Shown here one piece after another: positions 56,301 through 63,650 of a stretch of DNA of 64,000 nt (position 1 is the stretch's first letter; every line of letters begins with the position of its first letter). This DNA is from Octopus vulgaris (lineage: Eukaryota), in contig OX597816.1 in NCBI GenBank assembly GCA_951406725.2, forward strand, positions 67,828,001 through 67,892,000. The letters are read 5' to 3'. A model generated the notes under the pieces. That model was not told the origin of the DNA, made no database searches, and worked only from the letters and a program-made list of their open reading frames with translations. Position numbers and translations under genes: made by a program.

Positions 56301-59300
56301 GTCACAGTTACCAGTTAACTGTGACACCTCTAAAACGCATATATAACCAAGGCCATGTCATTCTGACTCAAGTATTTGCTCACAAGTCATAGAGGATGGC
56401 TGCGTCTTCTCGTAAATCTCACACAGGTAAGTAAATTGATATTTTTTACCAAGTGTTAGCAAAATATTTATTTATCCATGCCAAATATTAAGCATATTGA
56501 ATATTGAATTCTTTAAAAATTTACTCAGTATGTATTATTTACCTGTATTTCAGTATAAATGAAAAATAAAAATTAAAAAATAGTTTTACTTTTTTATTCG
56601 TGACTGAAGGGGTTAACCATCAGCAGGTGTGGCTGCGTGATTAAGAAGCTTGCCTTCTAATCATGAGGTCTTGGATTCAATCCCACAGTAAATGTGTGTG
56701 TGTATCCTTGTCTTGACATTACTTAATGGTTGTAAATGAGCATCACTGTCATACAAGCGATGTCTTCTTCTATAGTCCAGGGACCAACCAGTGCCCTCTG
56801 AAGTCCATCATGTGTGTGTGTGTGTGTGTGTGTGAGAATGAGAGTGAGTCTTCTGTGAAAAACATGTCAGGTCATGGCAAATTATTACCTTGCCTGCAAA
56901 CAGGTGAAGTTTGTTGATAGGAAGGGTAAAGGGTATCTTGCTGTAGAAACATATTCTGTCTGACACAAGCAAGCAAGAAAAAGTGCACATTAAATGATGA
57001 TGATGATGATCATCATCATCATCAAAACTACCTTCCTTGACTTATAATGTAAGTGGCTAAATATTCCATGGATACTTATACTCTTCATTTATTCCCCAGC
57101 CAGAACCAACATGAAATATTATGGTCCTTTTAATTAGAAATATAATCCATTTGTATTATAGTAGCACATGTGACACAAAGTATATTCCTGAGATACATTA
57201 CACTAAGTCCATCCAATAGGTTTCTACACAGATTCCATACCCTCAGTTTTACTCATAATGCTCAAATCAACCAAAGCTATAGTAAACAACACATGCCCAC
57301 AGTCCAAAGCAATAAACTGAGTCTAGCACCTCAGAATTGTGAAGAAAAAAGAAAAAGCTTTTAATCATTCATTATCATTTTCGTGTCCACTTTTCCATGT
57401 TTGCAAAGGGTCAGAAAGAATTTGTTGAAGCAACTTTCCTATGGTCAGATGACCATCTTGTAGCCAACCCTCATGTGTTTCCAAATAAGGTAATATTTCT
57501 CCGTGACCAGACATGTTTTGATGGAAGAATGTAAATGAAAGATACGGCTTGCAAGTGGTGAATTACAACTATCATACTAAGTCAAGACAAGGAGAGTAAC
57601 ATATACACATACTCACACACACACACACACAAATGGACTCTTTTCAGTTTCTCTCTCCCAAATCCACTTTGGTTGATCAGGGGCTGTAGTAGAAGCAAAC
57701 CTATTACCACAGCCACAGTGTGTGTGTGTGTATCAAGGGACTGCTGTAAAGACAATAGCCTAAAATGTCATGCAGTGAGATTGAACCTACTACCTCTTGA
57801 CTTTGATGTGAACTCAACCAGCATGCAGTATGTGTGCATGTCTTATGTTTAAGACATATTAAGAAGATTGTTCCACAGTAAAGGAGCCCCACATTTGATC
57901 CCAATGAGTAGTAGCTTAGGCAAGTATCTTTTACCATAGCCTCAGAGCAATCAAATCTTGTGAATGACATTGAGTTGATGAAATTTGTGGGAGCTTGTGG
58001 GTTGGACTATATCTGTAATTCAAAAGGCCAGTCTTGTTACATTACGCTAGGTCATACCAATTCATCCTATGAATTACATTATCTGTACAAGTACCAGTGG
58101 AAAATTCATCCATTTACATGCTAATACAATGAGGAGGTAATTCAGTTGCTTGAACACGTGAAATATCTACTGCTGACACCAAAGAAAATCCATTTACTTT
58201 TATCTCTCTCTCTCTCCACATATCTCTCTATATATAAACGGCAAAATGTCTGTGTGTGTGTCCTTTATACAAATCCACAATTTTTCAGTTAGAGGGCTCG
58301 CACTTTCTATGGTCATTCAAAACCGTCCAAGTGTGGTCGTGCACATCTTTACATTTCCCTAGTCACCCCGCAAAGCCATTAAAAAAATCAATAGAAGTGA
58401 CTTTTTTGTGAATTTTCTATCCAAAATCCAATCAAAATGCCCGAAACTTGATATGCCAATTGAATGCCAGCTAGCTGTATGTGATTGGTCAGAGATTTGG
58501 ACAGTACTCGTGTGTATGTGCGCATGCACGCAGCTGTATATGCATGCACTAGCACTATGACCCAGTGTTGCCGGGTCATAGTGCTAGTATGCATATAAAT
58601 ACATAAATTTTGATGTTGAAATTAAATTAGATGAAAGAAAGCACACACAATATTACCTTTAGTTGACTGTTGGCATTTATCAGATGACCACCTGACTTCA
58701 GCAGCATGACCACGAAGTCTAATTTGCTGTTCAACAGCACGGATTTTGGCTCGTATCTTGAAAGAACATAGGAAAAGCATATATAATATTTATCTCCATA
58801 AATTATGTTAGTGGACTGCAGTAATACTGGGGCAATCATAGAAATAACATTTGTGTTATTTATATGCCTTTCTACTACAGAAACAAAGCCAAAAAGGTGG
58901 ATAGTTGATTATGTTGACCCCAGTGCATAACTGCTACTTATTTCATTGAAAAAATACCATTGCAAATGAGATTGTGTATTTCATATAAACTTCAAAACAT
59001 AATTTTCAAAATAACCATGGAATTTCTACAGGTAAGCTAGATGATAATTAGCCCCTTTAGTATTTAAACTAGCCATATCAGGCTCAAATATCCTACCTGC
59101 TTTATGCTCAAAACAGCCAGATTCGGCTTCTCACATTTACCTAACAATATCATTCTAAAAATAAAACAATCCCAGCATCAGAATCTTGAAGCTACGAGAC
59201 AATGCATGATTTATTGAAAACAATGTGAATAAAAAAAGCATTACTTTTGACAAAGGAATGTTAATGAATTAATGGATAACAAGAAATAACACAAAAACTG

Positions 59301-59767
59301 GCTTGTAAAGCAACCAAGACACATAAACACCCTATCCTAAAACAATTATAAATTATTTATTAATTGTAAAGTATATTAGCCATCTCAATATGGCTAACCA
59401 CTAAGGGTGGGTGTTACTGTAGCTTTAGCGATATTGAGATGGCTAGTATACTTTACGTTGTCGAGCAGTTACTGTTTACATCTCATTCAGAGATTTATTA
59501 TTGCTTATTAATTGTAATTTTTACAAAAAAATTGGTATGAGAGGAAAGTTTTTATTATGAGGTTTTATTTAAAATTCAATATGTTGCCACCAGCTTCTTG
59601 AGTTACCCTGGAATTGCATCAACTGATTTCACCAGGAACTCTTGTGGGGTGGAAGAATTAACTTCTTGTATTCGCCCTCCAAGTTCTTCCAAAGTCTTTC
59701 GTTTGGTAATGTGTCGGAAGTAAAAGTATTTGAATTACACCTGCATTTAACTCCATTTATTTATTTA

Positions 59768-59821
<54 letters not shown>

Positions 59822-59842
59822 GCCAATGGATGTTAAATGATG

Positions 59843-59873
<31 letters not shown>

Positions 59874-62800
59874 ATCCAAACATGAAAGCACAAAGAGAAA
59901 ACACAACAATGCAAGGATGTGGAACAAATATAATATTACTGGACGCTCAGGAAGGAAGGGAAGAAGGAGGGTTTTACGTTTCGAGCAGAGCTCTTCGTCA
60001 GAAACATAGGAAAAGGAAAGATCTAGAGAAGGGAAGACGGAAGAAAAAAAATATTTATTTATATATTGGAATCAATCAATCAATCATATATTGAGAAGAC
60101 AGGCCAAGCTAGGTAAACTGTGGTCATTACCAGTGCCATGCTGGAGACATGTAAAAAACACCCAGTACACTCTGTAAAGTGGTTGGCATTAGCAAGGCAT
60201 TCTGTTATTAGAACAAAGCAATTTTTCAAATTTTTCCATTCAATTTAGAAGCTTTGTTCCCCTGTTTTTTCAGAAAAAGTTACATATATCATCATTTAAC
60301 ATCCATTGGCATTAGGAAGGGCATCTAGTCATAGAAACCATGCCAAATCAGACTGGAGTCTGGTGCAGCACCCCCAGTTCCCGTCATACCATCCTACCCA
60401 TGCCAGCAAATGATGATGATGATCTTACCAGTGAGAATTATGTCATAAGAATTCTGAAACCTCGTGAGATATGGATAAATTTTTTATCTTTCTTTTTGAG
60501 TGGGACTCAATGTAGATAAAGTAAGCGGGTTTTGTTTTTGTTTTTTTTTATCCAATATTTATATGTTATTTATAGCTTTATCTATTTTGAGATCAACAGT
60601 TACAAACAACCAAAACAAAAAAAAAAAAACCTATTTATTTCATGACGCTTGAAGTTTCTAAATTTCTTATGATGTAAACAATTCTGTGGATTATCTACTC
60701 CTTCCTACTTTTCTTCTCAGGACCTTCTCTATCTGATGAAGAGCCATGCCCACCCACTTCCAACCCATGCTAGCATGGAAAACAGACGTTAAATGATGAT
60801 GATGATGATGACTCCTACTTTCCCAACGAAAACTTTCACTGAGTGTCAGTTTAATAAATTCACTACGTACATCCAATTGACTTGTGTTGTTTCTTCCCTG
60901 TTTTTTTTTTTGTTCTTAGATTTGCCTGTATACAACGTCAGTTGGCATTAGGGAGGGCATCCAGCTGTAGAGACCATGCCAAAACAGGCTATGGAACCTG
61001 ATGCAGCTTCTAGCCCAGTCAGCTCCTGTCAAGTCATCCAACCCATGCCAGCATGGAAAACAGATGTTAAATGATCATAAAGTATGTTTGTGTGTGTGTA
61101 TATAAAAAAACCATAAATTTCTATAGACTTACCAGTTGATTGTCTGGGTTAGGAGGCATAGGAAGTGAAGAAGTACCACATCCAAGTAGATCCAAGGGTG
61201 ATCCACATAAAAAGTTACAAGTTTTGCCATCACCAAGGTTGTTCCAGACAAGAGCAGCAGGACAGCGGATGGTAATAATTTGTAGTGTGGCACATAACAT
61301 GAGAATGAGGCTACGATGTTCAAGGCACGATACATATTCAGTGAAGAGCACAGAGAGAGGGTTTGACAGTGGGTTATTGTTTCCTGTCCTGTGGGAATTA
61401 AACAACAGAGACATTTCAATATACAGGGAATGTATTCAAACACAATTAAGATTCCATACATCCACAGAAAAAAAAAACACCACTATTATAAAATGGTGAA
61501 ATGAATGAGAGTTTACAGTACTAGTTTTTCATAAGGAGTTCAAATCAAGTTATGCTTCTCTTAATATTACCAGCTGGTCCTTGACTGCCTTTAACTTAGT
61601 TCACTTTGTTTTTTTACTTTTACTTGTTTCAGTTATTTGACTGTGGCCATGCTGGAGCACCGGCTTTAGTCGAACAAATCGACCCCAGGACTTATTCTTT
61701 GTAAGCTTAGTAACTGCTAAGTTACAGGGACGTAAACACACCAGCATCAGTTGTCAAGTGATGTTGCGGGGACAAACACAGACACACAAACATACATATA
61801 TATACAGTGGCGGCCAAAATGTTCAGAACGGCATTGTTTTCATCAGAAAAGTAGATATAATTTTTTATCAAAGTTGTTTTATATTCTATAATTTTCACAG
61901 ACAATAAATACGATATTATTTGTTATTGCCTGAGATTTTGGTGTAATTTGAGAGGATAATACAAAAGTTATGGATGACTTATTCTTTGTAAGCCTAGTAC
62001 TTATTCTATCGGTCTCTTTAGCCGAACCGCTAAGTTATGGACACGTAAACACACCAGCATCGGTTGTCAAGCGATGTTGGGGGGACAAACACAGACACAC
62101 AAACATATATATATACATATATATACGACGAGCTTCTTTCAGTTTCCGTCTTCTAAATCCACTCACAAAGCTTTGGTCGGCCCGAGGCTATAGTAGAAGA
62201 CACTTGCCCAAGGTGCCATGCAGTGGGACTGAACCCGGAACCATGTGGTTCATAAGCAAGATTCTTACCAGACAGCCACTCCTACGCCTATGAATTCTTA
62301 TGATGTAAACAATTCTGTGGATTATCTACTCCTTCCTACTTTTCTTCTTCTCAGCACCTTCTCTATCTGATGAAGAGCCATGCCCAAAATGGGCTTGTTG
62401 TAACCATTCTGACCAGAACCCATTTCCCCTCTTGTCCATCCACCTTTTTCTAAGATTATTCACCCTGTAGCCACATCAATCTGGGGGGGGGGAGGCAACA
62501 AGCATCATGAGTACAGCCCCTCAGTCAAGCTGACTAACTTAACATTTTTGCTATCATAATTATGTAGAAATAATCTGCTCTTGTTTCAATTAATTTTAAA
62601 AAATAAAGAATCTAATAAAATAACTTTGTCATTATAAAATAGGTATTTAAAACAAACTACCATGAATTTTTGATGGATGTTTTTAATTTAAATTACTTTA
62701 AACAGGCAGTTGGAATCACAGAACCAGAGGGAGTCTCCAGCAGGGTGATATCAAAAGGATTCAAACATTTAAAATAATCCTTCTTATAGCCACATCACAA

Positions 62801-63650
62801 AACCCATCACCTAATGGTTAATAATCTAACAACTCATGGTGGTGAATTCATGGAAACTACCGTTGGGTATATAGTTTCATTCCTCTACATTTTTGTTCAA
62901 TTCCTGCCAGAGTTAATAAGGTACATGAGACTCTATGGTCCAAGCAGATAGTCTCTCTAGTGCCAGTGATATGATCATATAAACTCCATTTATAGTTTAA
63001 AGTGGTTGGCAATGCAAAGAATGCCTCGTCATTAAAACCATGCTATATACAATGAAGATTGAAGATTTTCTCTTCTGAGTGTCAGATGATAAAATACTGA
63101 GAGAGATTTCACGTCATGCCAGTATAGAAAACAACAACAAAAAACAAAACAAAATATTTTTATGTACATAAGCAATTTTAAATTACCATTTATGAAACTA
63201 AGACAAAAAGACATGTTCTTGGCTGTGAGCGGTACAAAGAGAAAAATATTAAGTAGTGTACTAAATCTGTTGTCTGGTTTAAGACTGGCCCTTGAGTGCA
63301 CTTTAATAAGGTCCATTCTTATGGAAGTATTTATACCAGGTTTTTGATCTCAGGATAACTCATTCTCTTCCTCCCACCAGTCTTAGATGCCCAACCAAAA
63401 AGTCAAGGATATAACTTTCCACTCACTTTACCATTTTCACTGAAGTCTTCTGAAACACCAGAAACTAATAAAACCATCAGTAAATTCAAGGAAATCCAAA
63501 CTTTACTCACCCATTTCCATTTGTCATCATAGGAGAATCGGTTCGAGGAGAGCAAATTCCATATTCTGATGTAAACTGAGCGATTCTTTTGGCACAAAAG
63601 TGAGACAGTTTTCGTGATAAGTAAACTGACATAGACACTTCATCTAGATA
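3416..63650 (-). CDS. MED12: Mediator of RNA polymerase II transcription subunit 12 (MED12/MED12L-like), partial: 30 coding exons in the window, gene extends beyond both edges
   Basis: Spliced translation contains MED12-family motifs: [153 protein letters not shown], then a P/Q-rich tail. All junctions GT-AG and in phase; 4993 nt in total. Confidence 0.96.
3931..4229 (+). mobile_element. tRNA-derived SINE with V-domain-like core
   Basis: A box tggcctagtggtt, B box gggttcgaatc, ctgcgacggactggcgtcccgtcc motif, (aaac)n tail; flanking direct repeat acagctcaggca at 3923-3934 and 4230-4241. Confidence 0.75.
4245..4520. repeat. Degenerate minisatellite of about 30-32 bp (agaggtgtgtctacagagcagatac-like)
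   Basis: Recurring units directly after the SINE. Confidence 0.55.
5068..5191 (-). CDS. MED12: MED12 exon 29: [41 protein letters not shown]
   Basis: gattcag/gtaagt; 124 nt, phase 0 to 1; P/Q/Y-rich like the PQL region. Confidence 0.85.
6465..6575 (-). CDS. MED12: MED12 exon 28: (LQ)[35 protein letters not shown], basic NLS-like stretch
   Basis: Acceptor ttattag, or the in-frame cag 6 nt further on (exon end 6569); donor gtaggg. Confidence 0.88.
7895..7994 (-). CDS. MED12: MED12 exon 27: [33 protein letters not shown]
   Basis: ccctcag/gtgagc; 100 nt, phase 2 to 0; YHTH..YLEP.PLP motif. Confidence 0.94.
8923..9062 (-). CDS. MED12: MED12 exon 26: [46 protein letters not shown]
   Basis: ttgacag/gtatga; 140 nt, phase 0 to 2. 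Confidence 0.95.
9480..9960 (+). pseudogene. Old LINE (Jockey/CR1-like) reverse-transcriptase fragment
   Basis: [15 protein letters not shown] (RT DxxKAFD motif) near 9649 and [13 protein letters not shown] near 9798; frameshifted. Confidence 0.6.
10027..10188 (-). CDS. MED12: MED12 exon 25: [54 protein letters not shown]
   Basis: cctttag/gtaatt; 162 nt. Confidence 0.95.
10879..11096. mobile_element. Mariner-type MITE
   Basis: TA-flanked, imperfect TIRs of about 33 bp (cgaggtagtgctgaaaagttcctgg ... ccaggaacttttcagcaccccttca). Confidence 0.7.
11133..11256 (-). CDS. MED12: MED12 exon 24: [41 protein letters not shown]
   Basis: ccttcag/gtaagg; 124 nt, phase 2 to 0. Confidence 0.95.
11541..11772 (+). 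mobile_element. Full-length tRNA-derived SINE (family with gcctttcatcctttcggggtcgataaa core)
   Basis: A/B-box head, A-rich tail, perfect 14-bp TSD gatagtctgagtga (11527-11540 and 11773-11786). Other copies near 780-925, 2735-2830, 22330-22540, 37251-37666. Confidence 0.85.
11885..12420. repeat. Degenerate minisatellite of about 19-20 bp (gaaagcagttgtgtggttg-like), interrupted by a short RTE tail near 12232-12287
   Basis: Visible recurring unit. Confidence 0.7.
12530..12639 (-). CDS. MED12: MED12 exon 23: [36 protein letters not shown]
   Basis: tttttag/gtaagt; 110 nt, phase 0 to 2. Confidence 0.95.
12808..13220 (+). pseudogene. Decayed RTE LINE ORF fragment (post-RT C-terminal region)
   Basis: [10 protein letters not shown]...[15 protein letters not shown]...[10 protein letters not shown]...[15 protein letters not shown], several stops. 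Confidence 0.85.
13815..13883 (-). CDS. MED12: MED12 exon 22: [23 protein letters not shown]
   Basis: cttccag/gtaagt; 69 nt. Confidence 0.92.
15618..15750 (-). CDS. MED12: MED12 exon 21: [44 protein letters not shown]
   Basis: ttcaacag/gtattg; 133 nt, phase 2 to 0. Confidence 0.94.
16111..16146 (-). ncRNA. Decayed minimal hammerhead ribozyme, relative of 59971-60005
   Basis: Minus strand CUUU-CUGUAGA-A-GAGC-GUAG-GCUC-GAAA-C-AUA-AAAG; core A6 and G16.2 mutated, stems intact. Confidence 0.55.
16558..16719 (-). CDS. MED12: MED12 exon 20: [35 protein letters not shown]...KNQR
   Basis: tttatag/gtaagt; 162 nt, phase 2 to 2. Confidence 0.95.
17540..17679 (-). CDS. MED12: MED12 exon 19: [20 protein letters not shown]...[10 protein letters not shown]
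   Basis: ttgctag/gtacgt; 140 nt, phase 0 to 2. Confidence 0.92.
17815..18086 (-). mobile_element. HINE/DINE-1-like (Helentron-associated) element
   Basis: Minus strand: short inverted repeat taaccctg..cagggtta, gtctgtttgtctg microsatellite, acggattttcaccaaatt motif, distal cagggg sub-terminal repeat. Confidence 0.5.
19113..19477 (+). mobile_element. Non-autonomous Helitron, family A copy 1
   Basis: a|TC start, CTAG|t end, 3' hairpin ctagcactatgacc..ggtcatagtgctag, no TSD. Confidence 0.8.
19698..19772 (-). CDS. MED12: MED12 exon 18: [25 protein letters not shown]
   Basis: gtttcag/gtaagt; 75 nt. Confidence 0.94.
21632..21733 (-). CDS. MED12: MED12 exon 17: [34 protein letters not shown]
   Basis: ttgtag/gtcagt; 102 nt. 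Confidence 0.93.
21790..22640. repeat. Degenerate minisatellite of about 27-28 bp (gtcacagctgtactgacaca-like), interrupted by a SINE
   Basis: Recurring cacagctgta/ctgacac units. Confidence 0.6.
22741..22962. mobile_element. piggyBac-like TTAA MITE, representative copy
   Basis: ttaa|ccctttag ... ctaaaggg|ttaa. Related copies at about 36863-37058, 37983-38202, 42830-43030, 43730-44280 (interrupted), 59052-59255. A second TTAA-type family at about 48000-48216, 43430-43643, 62540-62760. Confidence 0.75.
24434..24605 (-). CDS. MED12: MED12 exon 16: [39 protein letters not shown]...[10 protein letters not shown]
   Basis: gatacag/gtaagt; 172 nt, phase 2 to 0. Confidence 0.93.
27575..27731 (-). CDS. 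MED12: MED12 exon 15: [51 protein letters not shown]
   Basis: ccttgcag/gtgagt; 157 nt, phase 1 to 2, needed for frame continuity; low-complexity linker. Confidence 0.85.
29316..29531 (-). CDS. MED12: MED12 exon 14: [22 protein letters not shown]...[11 protein letters not shown]...[11 protein letters not shown]
   Basis: ctttcag/gtaatt; 216 nt, phase 1 to 1. Confidence 0.94.
30427..30556 (-). CDS. MED12: MED12 exon 13: [43 protein letters not shown]
   Basis: ctctctag/gtaagt; 130 nt, phase 0 to 1. Confidence 0.95.
30760..31482. mobile_element. 723-bp foldback DNA element with TIRs of about 275 bp and 8-bp TSD (MULE- or hAT-like, non-autonomous)
   Basis: Starts ggatctttaccttttgaccgacag, ends gtcggtcaaaaggtaaagatcc; TSD aaagtatt at 30752-30759 and 31483-31490. 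Confidence 0.88.
32763..32904 (-). CDS. MED12: MED12 exon 12: [47 protein letters not shown]
   Basis: cttcacag/gtaagc; 142 nt, phase 2 to 0. Confidence 0.95.
33014..33384 (+). mobile_element. Non-autonomous Helitron, family A copy 2
   Basis: Same termini and body as 19113-19477. Confidence 0.8.
33784..34600 (-). mobile_element. Decayed mariner (Hsmar1/cecropia-like) transposon, one TIR retained
   Basis: TA followed by TIR ttaggttgttccaaaaataatgg; transposase pieces LDKWVPHKL (WVPHEL motif), [33 protein letters not shown] across shifted frames; no recognisable YSPDL segment. Confidence 0.9.
36266..36780 (-). CDS. MED12: MED12 exon 11: [12 protein letters not shown]...[16 protein letters not shown]...[19 protein letters not shown]
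   Basis: tctctag/gtaggt; 515 nt, phase 0 to 2. Confidence 0.95.
37251..37666 (-). mobile_element. Head-to-tail dimer of the same SINE family
   Basis: Two units of about 183 bp, only one with the full tRNA head; flanking direct repeat cttctgatt at 37242-37250 and 37667-37675. Confidence 0.8.
39476..39802 (-). CDS. MED12: MED12 exon 10: EILRLFNKK...[13 protein letters not shown]...[20 protein letters not shown]
   Basis: tttcag/gtaagt; 327 nt. Confidence 0.95.
41560..41801 (-). CDS. MED12: MED12 exon 9: SVKSVKSE...[37 protein letters not shown]...KKVTK
   Basis: tttcttcag/gtaaga; 242 nt, phase 1 to 0. Confidence 0.95.
42192..42300 (-). CDS. MED12: MED12 exon 8: [36 protein letters not shown]
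   Basis: ttattag/gtgaat; 109 nt, phase 0 to 1, needed to keep frame between neighbouring exons. Confidence 0.85.
44281..44655 (+). mobile_element. CORE-like tRNA-derived SINE with internal (TA)n/(TG)n, representative copy
   Basis: Head ggcgtaggagtggctgtgtggtaag, B box gggttcagttcc, CORE-like ggcaccttgggcaagtgtc, tail gaaacaagtgaaagag. Further copies at about 10314-10650(+), 28420-29270(+), 32040-32330(+), 38542-38935(-), 46415-46840(-), 48843-51183(-, interrupted), 61613-61802(-), 61977-62290(-). Confidence 0.85.
44806..45020 (-). CDS. MED12: MED12 exon 7: [42 protein letters not shown]...IKHE
   Basis: ttttttag/gtaagt; 215 nt, phase 1 to 0. Confidence 0.95.
45290..46182 (+). mobile_element. 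5'-truncated RTE-clade LINE: ORF C-terminus, 3'UTR and (GAT)n tail
   Basis: [17 protein letters not shown]...[16 protein letters not shown]...DRDFW (internal stop), stop near 45507, 3'UTR with internal ggtggcacgtaaaa repeats. Same 3' end recurs at about 7641, 15251, 18277, 21155, 23771-24380, 24822, 34650, 35070, 35808, 40438, 43059, 43800, 53391. Confidence 0.85.
47614..47740 (-). CDS. MED12: MED12 exon 6: [17 protein letters not shown]...[18 protein letters not shown]
   Basis: ttaccgacag/gtaagt; 127 nt, phase 0 to 1. Confidence 0.92.
49064..51012 (+). repeat. Tandem array of a 341-bp RTE 3'UTR unit (4 full copies plus a 5th), then 57-bp repeats and a (GAT)n tail
   Basis: aatagatgaacatc recurs at 49101, 49442, 49783, 50124, 50465; the ORF track repeats with 682-bp period. 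Confidence 0.92.
52628..53009 (+). mobile_element. Non-autonomous Helitron, family B
   Basis: a|TCTCTCTCTATATATAAAA start; GC-rich hairpin cccgagcaacgccggg, then cgatactgCTAG|t. Confidence 0.75.
53064..53195 (-). CDS. MED12: MED12 exon 5: [44 protein letters not shown]
   Basis: cttcag/gttagt; 132 nt; LIDWAV corresponds to the LCEWAV signature. Confidence 0.94.
54525..54790 (+). pseudogene. Decayed fragment of a second RTE/RTE-X-like LINE C-terminus
   Basis: [26 protein letters not shown]...[12 protein letters not shown]...MMD*. Confidence 0.6.
54840..55338 (+). mobile_element. Probable retroposon 3' end with (TAA)n tail
   Basis: Discrete GC-richer block ending ctctctcactc(aat)n; family not assigned. 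Confidence 0.45.
55450..55586 (-). CDS. MED12: MED12 exon 4: [35 protein letters not shown]...EGNE
   Basis: ttctcag/gtaagc; 137 nt, phase 1 to 0. Confidence 0.93.
55672..56129 (+). mobile_element. Non-autonomous Helitron, family C
   Basis: a|TCTACTATATAATA start; hairpin gccgtc-attttt-gacggc about 10 nt before CTAG|t; internal direct repeat tttcaactctgtgtgagtatatgtgtgt 125 bp apart. Confidence 0.65.
58223..58587 (+). mobile_element. Non-autonomous Helitron, family A copy 3
   Basis: Same termini and body as 19113-19477. Confidence 0.8.
58657..58756 (-). CDS. MED12: MED12 exon 3: [33 protein letters not shown]
   Basis: ctttcaag/gtaata; 100 nt, phase 0 to 1; EVRWS.DKCQ motif, in a different frame from the listed ORF. 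Confidence 0.93.
59971..60005 (-). ncRNA. Minimal type I hammerhead ribozyme (Penelope-like-element type)
   Basis: Minus strand reads GUUU-CUGACGA-A-GAGC-UCU-GCUC-GAAA-C-GUA-AAAC: full catalytic core, 4-bp stem I, 4-bp stem II, loop-less palindromic ACGU stem III, GUA cleavage triplet. Confidence 0.72.
61133..61388 (-). CDS. MED12: MED12 exon 2: [11 protein letters not shown]...[10 protein letters not shown]...GSPLDLL...NPDNQL (LCEWAV-domain region)
   Basis: cccacag/gtaagt; 256 nt, phase 2 to 0. Confidence 0.93.
61805..61975 (+). mobile_element. Tc1-like terminal fragment in the (TA)n of a SINE
   Basis: ta|cagtggcggccaaaa terminus; other end not found. Confidence 0.5.
63511..63650 (-). CDS. 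MED12: MED12 exon (1st in window): [25 protein letters not shown]...MTNGN
   Basis: Acceptor ttgttcag, donor gtgagt; 140 nt, phase 0 to 2. Confidence 0.9.
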
